Shown here: positions 9,066-19,225 of the stretch, in pieces
Layout of the letters: every line of letters begins with the position of its first letter
Numbering within the stretch: the stretch's first letter is position 1
Origin: a virus
Reading direction: 5' to 3' (one strand)
Length of the DNA: 64,000 nt
Virus record (IMG/VR): IMGVR_UViG_3300047323_000545
Translations under genes and position numbers: made by a program
The notes under the pieces: model-generated
Told to the model about the DNA's origin: nothing
The model's input: the letters and a program-made list of their open reading frames with translations, nothing else
The model's database searches: none

Positions 9066-11551
9066 CAGTTGCCTCCCGCCATCGGCAGACCGAGCAGCCG
9101 CTTGTCCTTGTCGCCAGTGAGCCGGGCCGGGGCCGCGAGCTGCACTGACGTCTTGAAGTAGCCGCCCTCGCCGAACTTGAAGTCGTGCTGGACCGTGGTG
9201 ACGTAGCCCTGGAAGTTGAAGGCGGGGAACTGCAGCAGCATCCCCGGCCACAGTTCCGGCATGAACGTCAGCGGGATGTTGGCCTGGTACTGGAAGGCGA
9301 ACTGCCGCATGAAGAGGAAGATCGCCGAGAACAGTGCGGCCTTCGGACCGATGAGGGCTGGCAGCTGCTGGTAGTCCGGCCGGGCACCGAACCGCTGCTT
9401 GATCCAGTCCGCGTACTCCTTCGCCTGCTTGTCTGTCTTGTCCATCCCGAACAGCGCCTTCCACACACCCGGGAAGTCGATGGTCACGATGCCGGTGGTG
9501 AAGAGAGCCGACTGGGACAGGTAGCTGTCGGAGATGGACTGCTGCACGGTCCCCGTGGCCGGGTCGAAGAGGTTCCCGCTGACCGGTGACGTCACCACGA
9601 ACTGGTGGGTGACCATGTAGTCATCCGACCAGGACACCTCGAAGTCCTGCACCTCGATGGGCTGGATGACCATCTTGGCGGCCGTGCCCCACATCCCGTA
9701 GTAGTCCGGGTACCAGGCGATCAGGTCGCCGTTCGGCGCGGAGCAAAACGACCGCATCGACGAGTTGAACAGGTTCTTCAGGTACGGCAGCAACGGCTGA
9801 TCGTTCAGCAGCGCTCGCGGCCCGGCCAGGGCCTGCGCCAGCGCGTAGTTCGGGTCGTTCTGCGCCGTCGAGATCGGCAGCCACGCGTTGTCGGCAAACA
9901 TCTTGTCGAACGGGTCCTTGGGGTTGTACCCGGGCGCGTCGGCGCCGGTGACCAGCTCGACCCCGGGGTCGCCGCTCATGTCGTTGACGCCCCCGCTGGT
10001 GCCGTCCGACCCATCGAAGATGACCGTGCCCGCGCCCGTGGTGTACGCGACGCGCGGCAGGAAGCCGCCGAAGTCCCAGTACGACGCCGCCGACGGCGGG
10101 TTGACGCCGACGTCATGCGGCTTGGCACCCGCGCGGTGCGCGCCGATCGTGCTCTTGCCGTCACCCAGGCTCATCTCCACGTGGTAGATGCCGCCCGGCG
10201 AGGAGCCCTTGAAGACCAGCGCACCAGGCGTCGCCAGGGCCTTCGCCACCGTCACCTTCTTGCACGCGCCGTACTGCGCCGCCGCCACACGGGGCAGGTC
10301 ATACAGAGACCCGAGCGCCCTCAAGTACATGGCCTGCACGAAGCTGGAGCAGTCCAGGCCGGGCGGAGGGTTCTGCGACAGCACGCCCATCTGGGTGCCG
10401 CCGTACTGCTGGGTGTACGGAATGTTCGGGTACTTCTGGCAGAAGTTCACGGAGAGCTGGGCCAGGTCGACGCCGGAGATGGTGCCCTGCGGCTTCGTCT
10501 TGGAGTCCAGCTTGCCCCCGCCCTTCTCCAGGTCCTTGACCATGGCCGTGGCGGGCTTCTCGTGCTTGGCGTACTCGTGCGGCGCGCCGGAGCGCTGGAC
10601 CGTGTCGCAGACCTTCCACAGCTCCATGTGGTCGCGGTTCGTGACCTTGAAGAGGGCGTCGTAGAACTTCCCCGCCGCGTACCGGGGGTCGGTCACCTGC
10701 TCGTGGGTGCCCCAGCCCTGGGAGGGGCGCTGCTGGAAGAGGCCCGCGCTGTCCCGGTCGCCGCCCTTGAGGTTGCGCAGGCCGGACTCCTGCATCGCCG
10801 TCATGATGGCGATGATGCAGTCACGGCTGGAGCCGCCCTTCTCCTTGCCGACGTTGTAGATGATCGCGGCGTTGGCCTTCTGGTCCGGGTTGTTGAAGCC
10901 GCCGTACGTCCCGTTCAGCGAGCTGGCGTCCGCGCCGCCCGTGCCGCCGACGGACGCGGTGCCGAGCTGATCCAGCAGGGCTCGTGCGATCTCGTCGGCG
11001 CCGGTGAGCTGGGCGTCGATCTGCTTGGCCAGGACCTCGATGACCGAGAACCAGTTGTTCGGGATGCGGGCGATGTGGGCCTTGGACTCCGGCCAGCCCA
11101 CCACCTTCTTCAGCACGGTGAGCGCGACGTTCGTCATGCCGCCGTCGGAGACACCGGTGTCCTTGTTCGCGTCCGTCAGGGCGTCGCGCACCATGGACTG
11201 CGACGCTTCGGTGTGGGAGTCCCAGTACCAGTACTGCAGCCGCTTGAGCGAGCAGGACGCGGTCAGGTGGACGACGCGCGGCCACGCCGTGACGAGCGGC
11301 ACCTTGTTCAGGTAGCCGGTGAATACCTGCACCCACTTCAGCCGCTTCATCTGCACCGAGACGCGGTCGTTCGGGGTCAGCACGCCGTCGTACTTCCGGC
11401 GGGCGTTCTGCAGGCTGAAGTTAAAGGAACTGACACCGTCCGAGCGGCGCGTCATCGAGCCCTCGACCAGGTCGTCCGAGACGTCGATGATCCCGTGCCT
11501 CTCGGTCGAGACGTAGACCTTGACGCCGGGTGCCAGGACGAAGTTCGGCAC
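9065..11551 (-). CDS. Baseplate hub / tail-associated lysin with lysozyme-like and NlpC/P60 domains
   Basis: AMQESGLRNL..GDRDSAGLFQQRPSQGWG; GLDCSSFV...HVEM; GTG start after GGAGG. Confidence 0.85.
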   Translation of the reverse strand: MPNFVLAPGVKVYVSTERHGIIDVSDDLVEGSMTRRSDGVSSFNFSLQNARRKYDGVLTPNDRVSVQMKRLKWVQVFTGYLNKVPLVTAWPRVVHLTASCSLKRLQYWYWDSHTEASQSMVRDALTDANKDTGVSDGGMTNVALTVLKKVVGWPESKAHIARIPNNWFSVIEVLAKQIDAQLTGADEIARALLDQLGTASVGGTGGADASSLNGTYGGFNNPDQKANAAIIYNVGKEKGGSSRDCIIAIMTAMQESGLRNLKGGDRDSAGLFQQRPSQGWGTHEQVTDPRYAAGKFYDALFKVTNRDHMELWKVCDTVQRSGAPHEYAKHEKPATAMVKDLEKGGGKLDSKTKPQGTISGVDLAQLSVNFCQKYPNIPYTQQYGGTQMGVLSQNPPPGLDCSSFVQAMYLRALGSLYDLPRVAAAQYGACKKVTVAKALATPGALVFKGSSPGGIYHVEMSLGDGKSTIGAHRAGAKPHDVGVNPPSAASYWDFGGFLPRVAYTTGAGTVIFDGSDGTSGGVNDMSGDPGVELVTGADAPGYNPKDPFDKMFADNAWLPISTAQNDPNYALAQALAGPRALLNDQPLLPYLKNLFNSSMRSFCSAPNGDLIAWYPDYYGMWGTAAKMVIQPIEVQDFEVSWSDDYMVTHQFVVTSPVSGNLFDPATGTVQQSISDSYLSQSALFTTGIVTIDFPGVWKALFGMDKTDKQAKEYADWIKQRFGARPDYQQLPALIGPKAALFSAIFLFMRQFAFQYQANIPLTFMPELWPGMLLQFPAFNFQGYVTTVQHDFKFGEGGYFKTSVQLAAPARLTGDKDKRLLGLPMAGGN

Positions 11552-11561
11552 GAGACCACCT

Positions 11562-11596
11562 CCGCCCCTTGGGGCGAACCACGGACACGGCGACAC
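11562..11596 (-). promoter_or_regulatory. Putative late promoter (GTGTC-N21-AAGGGGCGG)
   Basis: Motif variant. Confidence 0.65.
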
Positions 11597-11650
11597 GACC
11601 CCCGCTACGCTGGCCGTGCGCCTTTTGGTGTCGGCCTTTCCATCCGGCTG

Positions 11651-11689
11651 AGCGGCCCGCCCGTGCCGAAGTTCCTGGGGCGGGCCGCT
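11651..11689 (-). terminator. Intrinsic terminator-like hairpin
   Basis: agcggcccgccc...gggcgggccgct inverted repeat. Confidence 0.55.
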
Positions 11690-11775
11690 ATCCTTGTAGC
11701 AGTGGCGGTCGCCGTGGGCGGCTGCAAGTGACGCCAGGAGTCCCGGGGCAGACCGGGGGCCTGGCGTCGCGCATT

Positions 11776-12438
11776 TCAGTTCCCGTAGTCGTACCGCTCG
11801 TTCGGCGGGGTGCCCTCATTGGGCATCGGGTTGACCGGGAGGTCTTCCAGCTGGCCCGGGTCGGAGCCGCCGTCCTTGCCGGGGTCGACAGTCTGGTAGT
11901 TGCCGGACGGGACCGCGTTGCCGCCGAGCTGCGTGCCCATGGGCCAGAAGTACTTCATCTCGGGGTCCTGGGCGTTCTTGAAGCTGCTCGTGGAGAGGGC
12001 TGTGACGTCCTGGGGCTCGCGGGTGCACTCGAAGGTGATGACCGGCGTCCAGACGACAGTGCCGATGGTGTCGCCCCACTCGAAGCCGGACAGGGGCACG
12101 CCCTCGCGGTAGAAGTTCCGGTTCGGGAGCATGACCCCCATGTCGGGGAAGGAGTCACCGGCGGCCAGGCCCGGGTTCATCACGAAGTTGGCGTAGCCCT
12201 GCATCCAGTCGGCGAACGCCTTGCGCTCGCCGTACCCCTTGAGCAGCACCCGCAGGTAGAAGCGTGACGGGGTCGGCCGGTGCGGGTAGTACGCGCGGGC
12301 GTTACGGGAACTGGAGGAGTCGGCGACCATCGTCATGCCGTGCCCGAGGACGTCGGCACGGACCCGGAAGCTGGCGTTGGTCTTGCTGTCCTTGGGGTAG
12401 AACAGCAGGCAGTTCAGGCCCTTGCGGGTGTCGGCCAC
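11776..12438 (-). CDS. Tail/baseplate-associated protein
   Basis: ORF with AGGAG SD and phage codon bias, in the tail module. Confidence 0.65.
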   Translation of the reverse strand: MADTRKGLNCLLFYPKDSKTNASFRVRADVLGHGMTMVADSSSSRNARAYYPHRPTPSRFYLRVLLKGYGERKAFADWMQGYANFVMNPGLAAGDSFPDMGVMLPNRNFYREGVPLSGFEWGDTIGTVVWTPVITFECTREPQDVTALSTSSFKNAQDPEMKYFWPMGTQLGGNAVPSGNYQTVDPGKDGGSDPGQLEDLPVNPMPNEGTPPNERYDYGN

Positions 12439-12466
12439 AGCTCCTCCTGAAGCCTAGGATGAGGGT

Positions 12467-12676
12467 ATGGATGCAGAGATGACGCCATGGGTGATCCTTG
12501 GCGCGGTGTGGCTGGTCGGCTGGGCTGCCTCGTCGGTCCTTGCGATTCGCGCGGTGAAGGACGACGATTCATGGATGGCCTGGGATCTTGAAGACCAGCT
12601 CCCATTCATCGTGGCGGGGTTCCTTCTCCTCTGGCCCTGGTTCGCGCTGAAGATCCTCAAGCACCGAATGAAGTGA
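12467..12676 (+). CDS. Small two-TM membrane protein (counter-oriented insert)
   Basis: 69 aa, two hydrophobic helices; fills the gap between minus-strand genes. Confidence 0.55.
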   Translation: MDAEMTPWVILGAVWLVGWAASSVLAIRAVKDDDSWMAWDLEDQLPFIVAGFLLLWPWFALKILKHRMK

Positions 12677-12680
12677 CGTC

Positions 12681-12899
12681 TCACTCCTCGGGGTCCGGAA
12701 TCGTCTCCTCGGTGCTCCGCAGCGGGTTGTGCGGGGCGTAGACGGGCGTGGCGAGCCGCTCGTGGTCGGCGGCCGACATGTCCGGGTAGAGGCCGTCGAG
12801 GGTCATCGCAAAGCCGTTCATGGGAACGATGGCCTCCTGGTCGGCCCGCAGCGGCTGCGGCATGGAGACGGGCACGTCGGCGCCCCACTGGTTGGCCAT
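12681..12899 (-). CDS. Hypothetical protein
   Basis: MANQWGADVP start overlapping the upstream TAA. Confidence 0.6.
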   Translation of the reverse strand: MANQWGADVPVSMPQPLRADQEAIVPMNGFAMTLDGLYPDMSAADHERLATPVYAPHNPLRSTEETIPDPEE

Positions 12900-13093
12900 T
12901 ACCACCCTCGCTCTCGGGTCAGCTCGGCGACGATGAGGTCGGCAAGGTCCTCCGGGTCGGCGGCCCACAGGTTGCCCTCTCGTCCCTGCCCGCCGTCGGC
13001 CGACTGCTTGCGCCCCCAGATACGGCCGGTGGGCTCGCCCGGCGCGATGTGGCGCAGCACCTTGATGATGCACTCGCGTTCGCCTGCAGCCAC
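12899..13093 (-). CDS. Hypothetical protein
   Basis: Coupled start and stop with both neighbours. Confidence 0.55.
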   Translation of the reverse strand: MAAGERECIIKVLRHIAPGEPTGRIWGRKQSADGGQGREGNLWAADPEDLADLIVAELTRERGW

Positions 13094-13752
13094 TACTTGT
13101 CCTCCTTCTGTCCCTTGTCGCTCTTCTTGTCCTCAGTGCCGTCGCTGAGCGGGCCGTTGTACTCGGTCTGGCGCCAGCCGATGCCCTCGCTGATGCGGGC
13201 GATGTAGGAGGCGATGGCCTTCTCCTGGGCGGAGTCGACCGCGTTCTTCGAGGTGCCCGCCTTGACCAGCGAGTCGGAGCCCACCTGCACGATGAACAGC
13301 GTCAGCTTGTAGCCGTGGCTGTACTTCCCGGTGCGGTGCTCGATCGACGCCTGGCCGTCGATGTCAGAGACCTCGGTGAGGTACACGCTCCAGCGCCAGC
13401 CGTGCGGCGGATAGTTGAAGGTCGCCGGTTCGTGCATCTTGCCGGGCGTGCTGGAGTCCCGGGACTGGTGCTCCATGATGGCCCGGCAGTTCGCGATGAA
13501 CACCTCGTGCAAGCGCCAGCTGGCTCCAGCATGGTCCTTGTTGCCGTCCGGCGAGGGCCCGGCCCTGCGGTTCTCGCCGAGGTAGCCATTGATCGTGACG
13601 TCCCGCAGGGTCGCGCCGGTGATCTGCACGACCCTGCCGCCGACGGTCGGGGTGACCGAGGTGTGGATGTCGAAGCCCCAGTCGATCGAGTCGGGATTGA
13701 TGCGGAACGTGATCTGAGGGCCGCCCGTGAACCCGAGGGATGCGAGAGCCAT
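13093..13752 (-). CDS. Tail tube initiator-like baseplate protein
   Basis: ITFRINPDSI...VTINGYLG motif; follows the tape measure gene. Confidence 0.6.
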   Translation of the reverse strand: MALASLGFTGGPQITFRINPDSIDWGFDIHTSVTPTVGGRVVQITGATLRDVTINGYLGENRRAGPSPDGNKDHAGASWRLHEVFIANCRAIMEHQSRDSSTPGKMHEPATFNYPPHGWRWSVYLTEVSDIDGQASIEHRTGKYSHGYKLTLFIVQVGSDSLVKAGTSKNAVDSAQEKAIASYIARISEGIGWRQTEYNGPLSDGTEDKKSDKGQKEDK

Positions 13753-13755
13753 GGC

Positions 13756-15942
13756 CTACTCCCCGCCGTAGCTGGGGTTGGACGCGTACGGGCTCAGCGG
13801 CGGCGTGGCGGTCGCGGAGGACCCGGAGACGCCGGTGGAGTCCAGGACGGTCAGCAGGCGCCGGGCCTCGGCCGTCAGGGTGATCTCCAGCTTCTCCCGG
13901 CCCTTCTTGTCCTTGGTGGTGTGCTCCTTCTCCCACTTGGCGTACGTCTCGCCGGACTTGTCGGTGGCCTTGGCTTCCTTGGAGAAGTCGCGCAGCGGGT
14001 CGACCTTGTCCTTGCCGAGGATCTCGGAGACCGTCTTGCCCGTCTGGTCGCCCTCGACGACGACGGCCTTGCCGGACGCCAGCTCGTTGCGGTGGTTCTT
14101 GATCGCGTCGGCCAGCGAGACGACCTTCTTGCCGTCCTTGGTGGTGACGGCGACCTTGGTCTTGTCGTCGCCCTTGATCTTCTGGAGGAGGTGGTAGACG
14201 ACGGGGTCTTCCTGGCCGCCCTTCTGCTCGTGCCACTTCTGGTAGGCGTTGTAGGCGTCCGAGTTGTGGCCGCCGAAGCCCAGGAAGTCGCCGGACTTCT
14301 CCTTGTCGAGGTCGCCGAGGATGGACTTGCCCGCGTTCGGGCCCCGGTCGTCCTGGGTCTGGCGCATGTTGTTGCCGACGCCGGTGGAGACCGCGTTCTC
14401 CTTGCTGGCAGTCTTCTGGGCGGCCTTCTCCTTGGCCGTCATCTTGTGCGTCGTCTCGGCGGTGCCCTTGTCGTTGTACTGCTGCACGAGCCAGAAGGCG
14501 GCCTTGACCGGATCGTTGGCCAGCGTGCTCTGCCCGGAGATGGCGGCGATGACCTGCGCCATCGCCGGGGAGTCGTTGGCGTAGAACTGCCGGATCATCT
14601 GCTCGGCGATCTGCTGGACAACGTCCTCGTGGAGGTTGCCCGCGCCACCGGCCTTGGAGATCTGGTCCTTGATCCAGTCCTCGACGCCGGGCTTGAGCAC
14701 GGCGCTTGCCGTTGCCTGGTCCAGCTTCGCGTCGGCGGCGCCCTTGGACGTGACACCAGACGTCAGGTACTGCGAGACGCTCATCCCGGACATCGAGGCT
14801 GCCATGTAGGCGTGGTTCAGCGTCAGGCGCCCGGATACGTCCACGTCCTGGTAGGACCGGCCGTAGGAGTTCTTCGTCTGCTGCTCCAGAGACGCCACAT
14901 CCGCCGAGGACGAGCCGTATCCCTGCTTGATCGCCTGGTCCATCAGCTGCGTGAACTCGGCGCGCGCCTGCTGCGAGTTGACCCCGGCCTTGCCCGCGCT
15001 GTCGGAGACCGCGTTGAGGGCGTCGTTCAGGTCGTTAAGCGACCCAAGGGCGTTCTTGGAGTTGACCTGCAGCTGCTGCAGCGACTCGTCCACGGTCTCA
15101 CCGCGACGTGTCTTGCCGTGGTAGATGAAGTTGAGCGCATCCTGGCGGCCGACGCCGCCCTCCACCTTGCTGTTGTAGCCCAGCCTGGTGACGCCCTTGA
15201 ACGCCTTGCGTGACTCGTCGGAGGAGAGCACACCGAACGTCGACCAGCGATACAGCTCCTCGGAGGCACGCTCGCCGAAGCCGTCGAAGTTCGAGCCACC
15301 CTCGATCGACTGGTAGTAGGCGTTCTTGTCGCGCTGGCTGCGGACCTCGGCCGGGATGTCCGTGGCGGCACCGATGGCGGCACCCGCCACAGCGCCCCAG
15401 GGGCCACCGACAGCCGCACCGACACGGGGCAGCATCGACTTCGTCCACGAGCCGATACCCGAGGCATGACCGCCGCTACTGCCCGGGTGAACCGGTGCGA
15501 CCAGAGGGCCGCCATAGCCCGGCATGGGCCCGGTGTACGGCATGTGCGGATGCCCGTACGGGCTCATGTACGGGTACGGGTACGGCGGCATCGGGACCGG
15601 CGGCACAGGCGCAGGAGTCGGCGGCGTAGGCCCAGGAGGAGGCGGGCTGGACCGGCGCTGGGACTGGTTGAGCACCACCTGGCTCAGGAACTGCGCAGCC
15701 GTCTGCTGCAGCCACTGCGCGTTCGGAGCCACAGGCGCCGGGACCTGTCCGCCCAACAGCGCCTGCGGATTCAGGACGTTCTGCCGCGCCTGCCGCAGGG
15801 CGTTGGCCGTGCTCGACGGCAGGTTCTGCAGCGTCTGGTTCTGGTGCAGGAACGCCTGCAGCTGCATGGCCAGCGACTGCAACGCACCGGTGATGCCGCC
15901 AGGAGGGGTGTTGCCGCCCGGGGGCGGCGTAGGGGTCGCCAT
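13756..15942 (-). CDS. Tape measure-like protein
   Basis: 728 aa, Ala/Gly/Gln-rich helical; directly after the tail chaperones. Confidence 0.7.
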   Translation of the reverse strand: MATPTPPPGGNTPPGGITGALQSLAMQLQAFLHQNQTLQNLPSSTANALRQARQNVLNPQALLGGQVPAPVAPNAQWLQQTAAQFLSQVVLNQSQRRSSPPPPGPTPPTPAPVPPVPMPPYPYPYMSPYGHPHMPYTGPMPGYGGPLVAPVHPGSSGGHASGIGSWTKSMLPRVGAAVGGPWGAVAGAAIGAATDIPAEVRSQRDKNAYYQSIEGGSNFDGFGERASEELYRWSTFGVLSSDESRKAFKGVTRLGYNSKVEGGVGRQDALNFIYHGKTRRGETVDESLQQLQVNSKNALGSLNDLNDALNAVSDSAGKAGVNSQQARAEFTQLMDQAIKQGYGSSSADVASLEQQTKNSYGRSYQDVDVSGRLTLNHAYMAASMSGMSVSQYLTSGVTSKGAADAKLDQATASAVLKPGVEDWIKDQISKAGGAGNLHEDVVQQIAEQMIRQFYANDSPAMAQVIAAISGQSTLANDPVKAAFWLVQQYNDKGTAETTHKMTAKEKAAQKTASKENAVSTGVGNNMRQTQDDRGPNAGKSILGDLDKEKSGDFLGFGGHNSDAYNAYQKWHEQKGGQEDPVVYHLLQKIKGDDKTKVAVTTKDGKKVVSLADAIKNHRNELASGKAVVVEGDQTGKTVSEILGKDKVDPLRDFSKEAKATDKSGETYAKWEKEHTTKDKKGREKLEITLTAEARRLLTVLDSTGVSGSSATATPPLSPYASNPSYGGE

Positions 15943-16889
15943 CTACTGCCACTCCCGATCGAATCCGTCGTCCATGTCTGGCACCGGCGGTTCGTCCTCC
16001 GGCTCCGGGTCCCCAGACACCTGCACACGTGACTGAGAGAGCGCCTCCTGCATGCGATCCCAGTCGTCGGTCGAGCCCTGCTGCCAGTTGACGGCGGAGT
16101 AGTCGTAGTCGACGCCCTCGTCGTCCGGTACATCGGCGGCATCCCTCGGCCACAGCTCGGTCGCGTCCACGCCCGCAGCCACCAGCGCGAACTTCAGCTG
16201 GTCCTCGAACGCCTTCTCGTCCCGTTTGAGCTGCTCCTCGTCCCGCTCGACTTCCTTCCAGCCGTTGGCGAGGATGAGCAGCTCCAGGCCGAACTGCTGC
16301 ACCCGGGACAGGTGCCGCCCCGACAGCAGCCCCCGCCGCTCAGCGATCCGCAGATGGCGCTCCAGCCACGGGTCTATGCGGCCGGGGCGAAGGCTTTTCC
16401 CATGGCCTCGATGACCTGCGCGACCTTGTCCTCCAGCTGCAGGTACCGCTGGAAGACCTCGTTGATCGTCGGCTGGAACCAGTTGGCCTTGACGTAGGCG
16501 AACCGCCGGTGCCCCCATTCGGCCAGCAGCTGGTCCTCACCGATCGGCGTGGGCAGCTCCTCGCCGTCGACCGTCACGATCGCCATCGCCACCACCGCCG
16601 TGACGTAGGCGAGCTGCTCACCGCCGTCCTTGTACTTGGCGGTGACCTGAGCGACAGCGAGCTGCTCATCCACACCGAGGGTGCGGATAACGAACTCGTG
16701 CCCGAGCCAGGAGAAGCTCTCCGTCAGCGAACCCAGGTAAGCGAGCCCCTGAAAGGCCTCGGAGTAGCGCTCGTCGAAGCTGGGAAGCTCCGTACCGTCC
16801 TCAGCCTTCAGGGTCGGCTTGGCCTCCGGCGTGGCGGCCTTACGGCCCGGCCGGGAGGCAGGGTCGAAGGTGCCGTAGGTGTCCGTCAT
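15943..16889 (-). CDS. Tail assembly chaperone, long (-1 frameshift) form
   Basis: G GGA AAA slippery heptamer at 16401-16395; the -1 frame continues GKSLRPGRIDPWLERH to the stop at 15943. Confidence 0.8.
16374..16889 (-). CDS. Tail assembly chaperone, short form
   Basis: Between tube and tape measure; ends AMGKAFAPAA. Confidence 0.8.
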   Translation of the reverse strand: MTDTYGTFDPASRPGRKAATPEAKPTLKAEDGTELPSFDERYSEAFQGLAYLGSLTESFSWLGHEFVIRTLGVDEQLAVAQVTAKYKDGGEQLAYVTAVVAMAIVTVDGEELPTPIGEDQLLAEWGHRRFAYVKANWFQPTINEVFQRYLQLEDKVAQVIEAMGKAFAPAA

Positions 16890-16902
16890 CGCTCGCTCCT
16901 GG

Positions 16903-17406
16903 TCAGCGCAGTCGGGTGGAGTGCGTGTAAGCGGCGACCACAGGCTTGGCGACGTCCAGGCCGCCGACCGTCAGGGTGTCGCCGTCGGCGATGTCGACGA
17001 TCGTCACGTTGTGATAGATCTTGCCGCGCCACTTCGAGGGGGTCGCCTCGGTGCCGGGCGGCTTGATGATCGTCTGCGCCGTCACGTAGTTCGGACTTCC
17101 GGCCAGCCGGTCGAAAATCTCGACGATGTTGTTCGTGCCAGACAGCCCGGCCAGCTGCTCCCAGATCGCCTGGTTCCACAGCTCCTGGATCGTCATCTGC
17201 AGCGTGCCGCCGCCCAGGACGCGGGACGTCGCGATCTCCACCGGCGTACGCGAACCAAGGGGCTGAATAAACGCGTACGCCTGCCCCTTGTCGCTCCACG
17301 CACGCTGGCCCGAGTCCTCGACGCTGTTCAAGAACGCGATCGGCTTACCGGCGTACACGAACGTGCTGTAGCCGGAGCCGGTGACGCGGACCTTGCCTGC
17401 AGGCAT
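16903..17406 (-). CDS. Tail tube protein
   Basis: 167 aa, directly downstream of the sheath gene. Confidence 0.78.
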   Translation of the reverse strand: MPAGKVRVTGSGYSTFVYAGKPIAFLNSVEDSGQRAWSDKGQAYAFIQPLGSRTPVEIATSRVLGGGTLQMTIQELWNQAIWEQLAGLSGTNNIVEIFDRLAGSPNYVTAQTIIKPPGTEATPSKWRGKIYHNVTIVDIADGDTLTVGGLDVAKPVVAAYTHSTRLR

Positions 17407-17430
17407 TGCTCACCACCCCATCCGTAGGTC

Positions 17431-17465
17431 TCACCCACTGGTGCGGGATGGGCGGCCACGGACAG
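17431..17465 (-). promoter_or_regulatory. Putative late promoter (CTGTC-N21-AGTGGGTGA)
   Basis: Motif copy immediately after the sheath terminator. Confidence 0.7.
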
Positions 17466-17467
17466 CA

Positions 17468-17501
17468 GAGGACCCCCGGCGCCCTCACACCGGGGGTCCT
17501 C
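17468..17501 (-). terminator. Terminator hairpin after the sheath gene
   Basis: gaggacccccgg...ccgggggtcctc. Confidence 0.65.
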
Positions 17502-17546
17502 CATAAAGCGCGGCAGGGGCCCGTCACAAGCGCCTGCCGCGCGGGC

Positions 17547-19073
17547 TCAGGCGGCCTGGTCTGTCTGCGTGGACGTGTCGCCGGTCGTGAGGTCGACGGC
17601 GAACTTCACGACGACATAGTTCATCGGGATCGGCGGCTTGTAGCTGAAGGTCCCCTCGATGACCGACGGGTCCGCCGACTGCTGCCGCACCTGCGCGTTG
17701 GCGTAGGAGACGATGATCGCGTCGGAAACCGCCTGCTCCAGCAGACCGATCAGCGCCGACTTCACGTTGATCGTGGTCTCGGCCGTGATCGGCTCACCGA
17801 TGAGCCCAGCGTTGGACATGCCGACCTGGATCATCTGCAGCAGGACGTCGCCGATGCGGGTCAGCGAGATCTCCTGCGTCAGGATCGACGACATGTTCGT
17901 GGACACGCCGTGCCGGGCGACCAGCTGGTTGTTCTGGTTGATCTCCGCGACGTTCACACCGGACTTCGAGAGGTTGTTCTTGAAGGTCCGCGTCATGGCC
18001 TGCGCGATCGTCGCGGGCAGGCCCGTGAACGACGTCAGCGACTGGTTCGTCAGCCCCCGCGCGACCGCGTTCCGCGCCAGCCGTCCGGCCATCGCAGCGG
18101 CCAGGTAGAAGCCGTCGATCTCCGTGGAGGCGTTCACGGCCGAGTTGAAGGCCAGCAGCCGGTTCGGGTAGCACAGCACCAGCCGCTTGCTGTCCTGCGC
18201 CAGCGCCAGCTGGTCGTGGCCGGTCGTGTTGTCGTACGTCGTGGCCAGGCCGGTGAACGCCATCCGGCCGTAGCCGTCGTTGGCCGCCGTCTCGCAGTGG
18301 TTCTTGACGTCGGCCAGCAGGTTCGCCACGTTCGTCGGCGTGTGCGCGTTGTACGTGCCGTCCACGAACAGCGGCACCAGGATCTGCGCCCGGTAGTCCG
18401 CCTCCAGCTTGCTGTACGCCGCCTGCAGCGCCGCCCGGTAGTCCGTCGCCGCCGGGTTGGTCGCTACGCACAGCACGCTGGCCGCGCCGTTCTCCAGAGC
18501 GATCTTCGCCGCCAGAGTCAGCGCCGAGGCGACCTGAGACGCGGTCGGGCTCGTCGGCGCGGTCGACAGCATGGCCTGCCCGTACGTGGCCACGACCTGG
18601 TCGTAGTCCTCGAACTCGGTCGGCTCGTAATACGTCGCGTTGGTGAACGCGTACGTCACCCGGACCTGGTCGCCGTCCTTCAGCCCGTTCGGCGACGGCT
18701 GAGTCAGGTCGCTCTGGCTCGACGACAGACGCTTGATCGAAGTGATCGCCGTGGCGGCACCACCGGAACCGGCGGTCACCACGAAGGTGTAGTCGGTGTT
18801 GTAGACCATGACCGTGCCCGACAGGGTCGTGACCACGGGCGCCGCGATGGCAGGCGGCCCCACAACCGCCGCGATGTACGCGCCACGCTGCAACAGTGCG
18901 GTCGCCGAGCCGGAGAAGACGGTGACGACCTCACTGGTCGTCTGGTAACCCAGGGCCGGGCCGATCACCGTGACGGTCGTGGTTGACACGCCGCGCGGGG
19001 TGACCGTGGGAGTCGATTCGTCGCTGACGTAGACGCCGGGCGGCGTGTACGTCGCAGAGGAGATGTCGGGCAT
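17547..19073 (-). CDS. Tail sheath protein
   Basis: YTPPGVYV N-terminus; YLAAAMAG; C-terminal FSYKPPIPMNYVVVKF. Confidence 0.88.
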   Translation of the reverse strand: MPDISSATYTPPGVYVSDESTPTVTPRGVSTTTVTVIGPALGYQTTSEVVTVFSGSATALLQRGAYIAAVVGPPAIAAPVVTTLSGTVMVYNTDYTFVVTAGSGGAATAITSIKRLSSSQSDLTQPSPNGLKDGDQVRVTYAFTNATYYEPTEFEDYDQVVATYGQAMLSTAPTSPTASQVASALTLAAKIALENGAASVLCVATNPAATDYRAALQAAYSKLEADYRAQILVPLFVDGTYNAHTPTNVANLLADVKNHCETAANDGYGRMAFTGLATTYDNTTGHDQLALAQDSKRLVLCYPNRLLAFNSAVNASTEIDGFYLAAAMAGRLARNAVARGLTNQSLTSFTGLPATIAQAMTRTFKNNLSKSGVNVAEINQNNQLVARHGVSTNMSSILTQEISLTRIGDVLLQMIQVGMSNAGLIGEPITAETTINVKSALIGLLEQAVSDAIIVSYANAQVRQQSADPSVIEGTFSYKPPIPMNYVVVKFAVDLTTGDTSTQTDQAA

Positions 19074-19101
19074 GCCACCCACCAGTCGCGTCGGTCAGCT
19101 G

Positions 19102-19135
19102 TCACCCCTTGGGGCGACAACCGGGCCGTGGACAG
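19102..19135 (-). promoter_or_regulatory. Putative late promoter (CTGTC-N20-AAGGGGTGA)
   Basis: Motif copy. Confidence 0.75.
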
Positions 19136-19225
19136 CAACAGGCGTGGTAGCTTCAGCGCGGGGCGGGCGACCCCATGGGACGTTCCACATCCCAACGGTG
19201 CGATGCCGATCGCCCACCTCCCGCT

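Noticed and set aside
3196-19073. Tail module as a stand-alone contractile injection system/tailocin
   Set aside because: Capsid, portal, protease and scaffold genes are present, so this is a full phage
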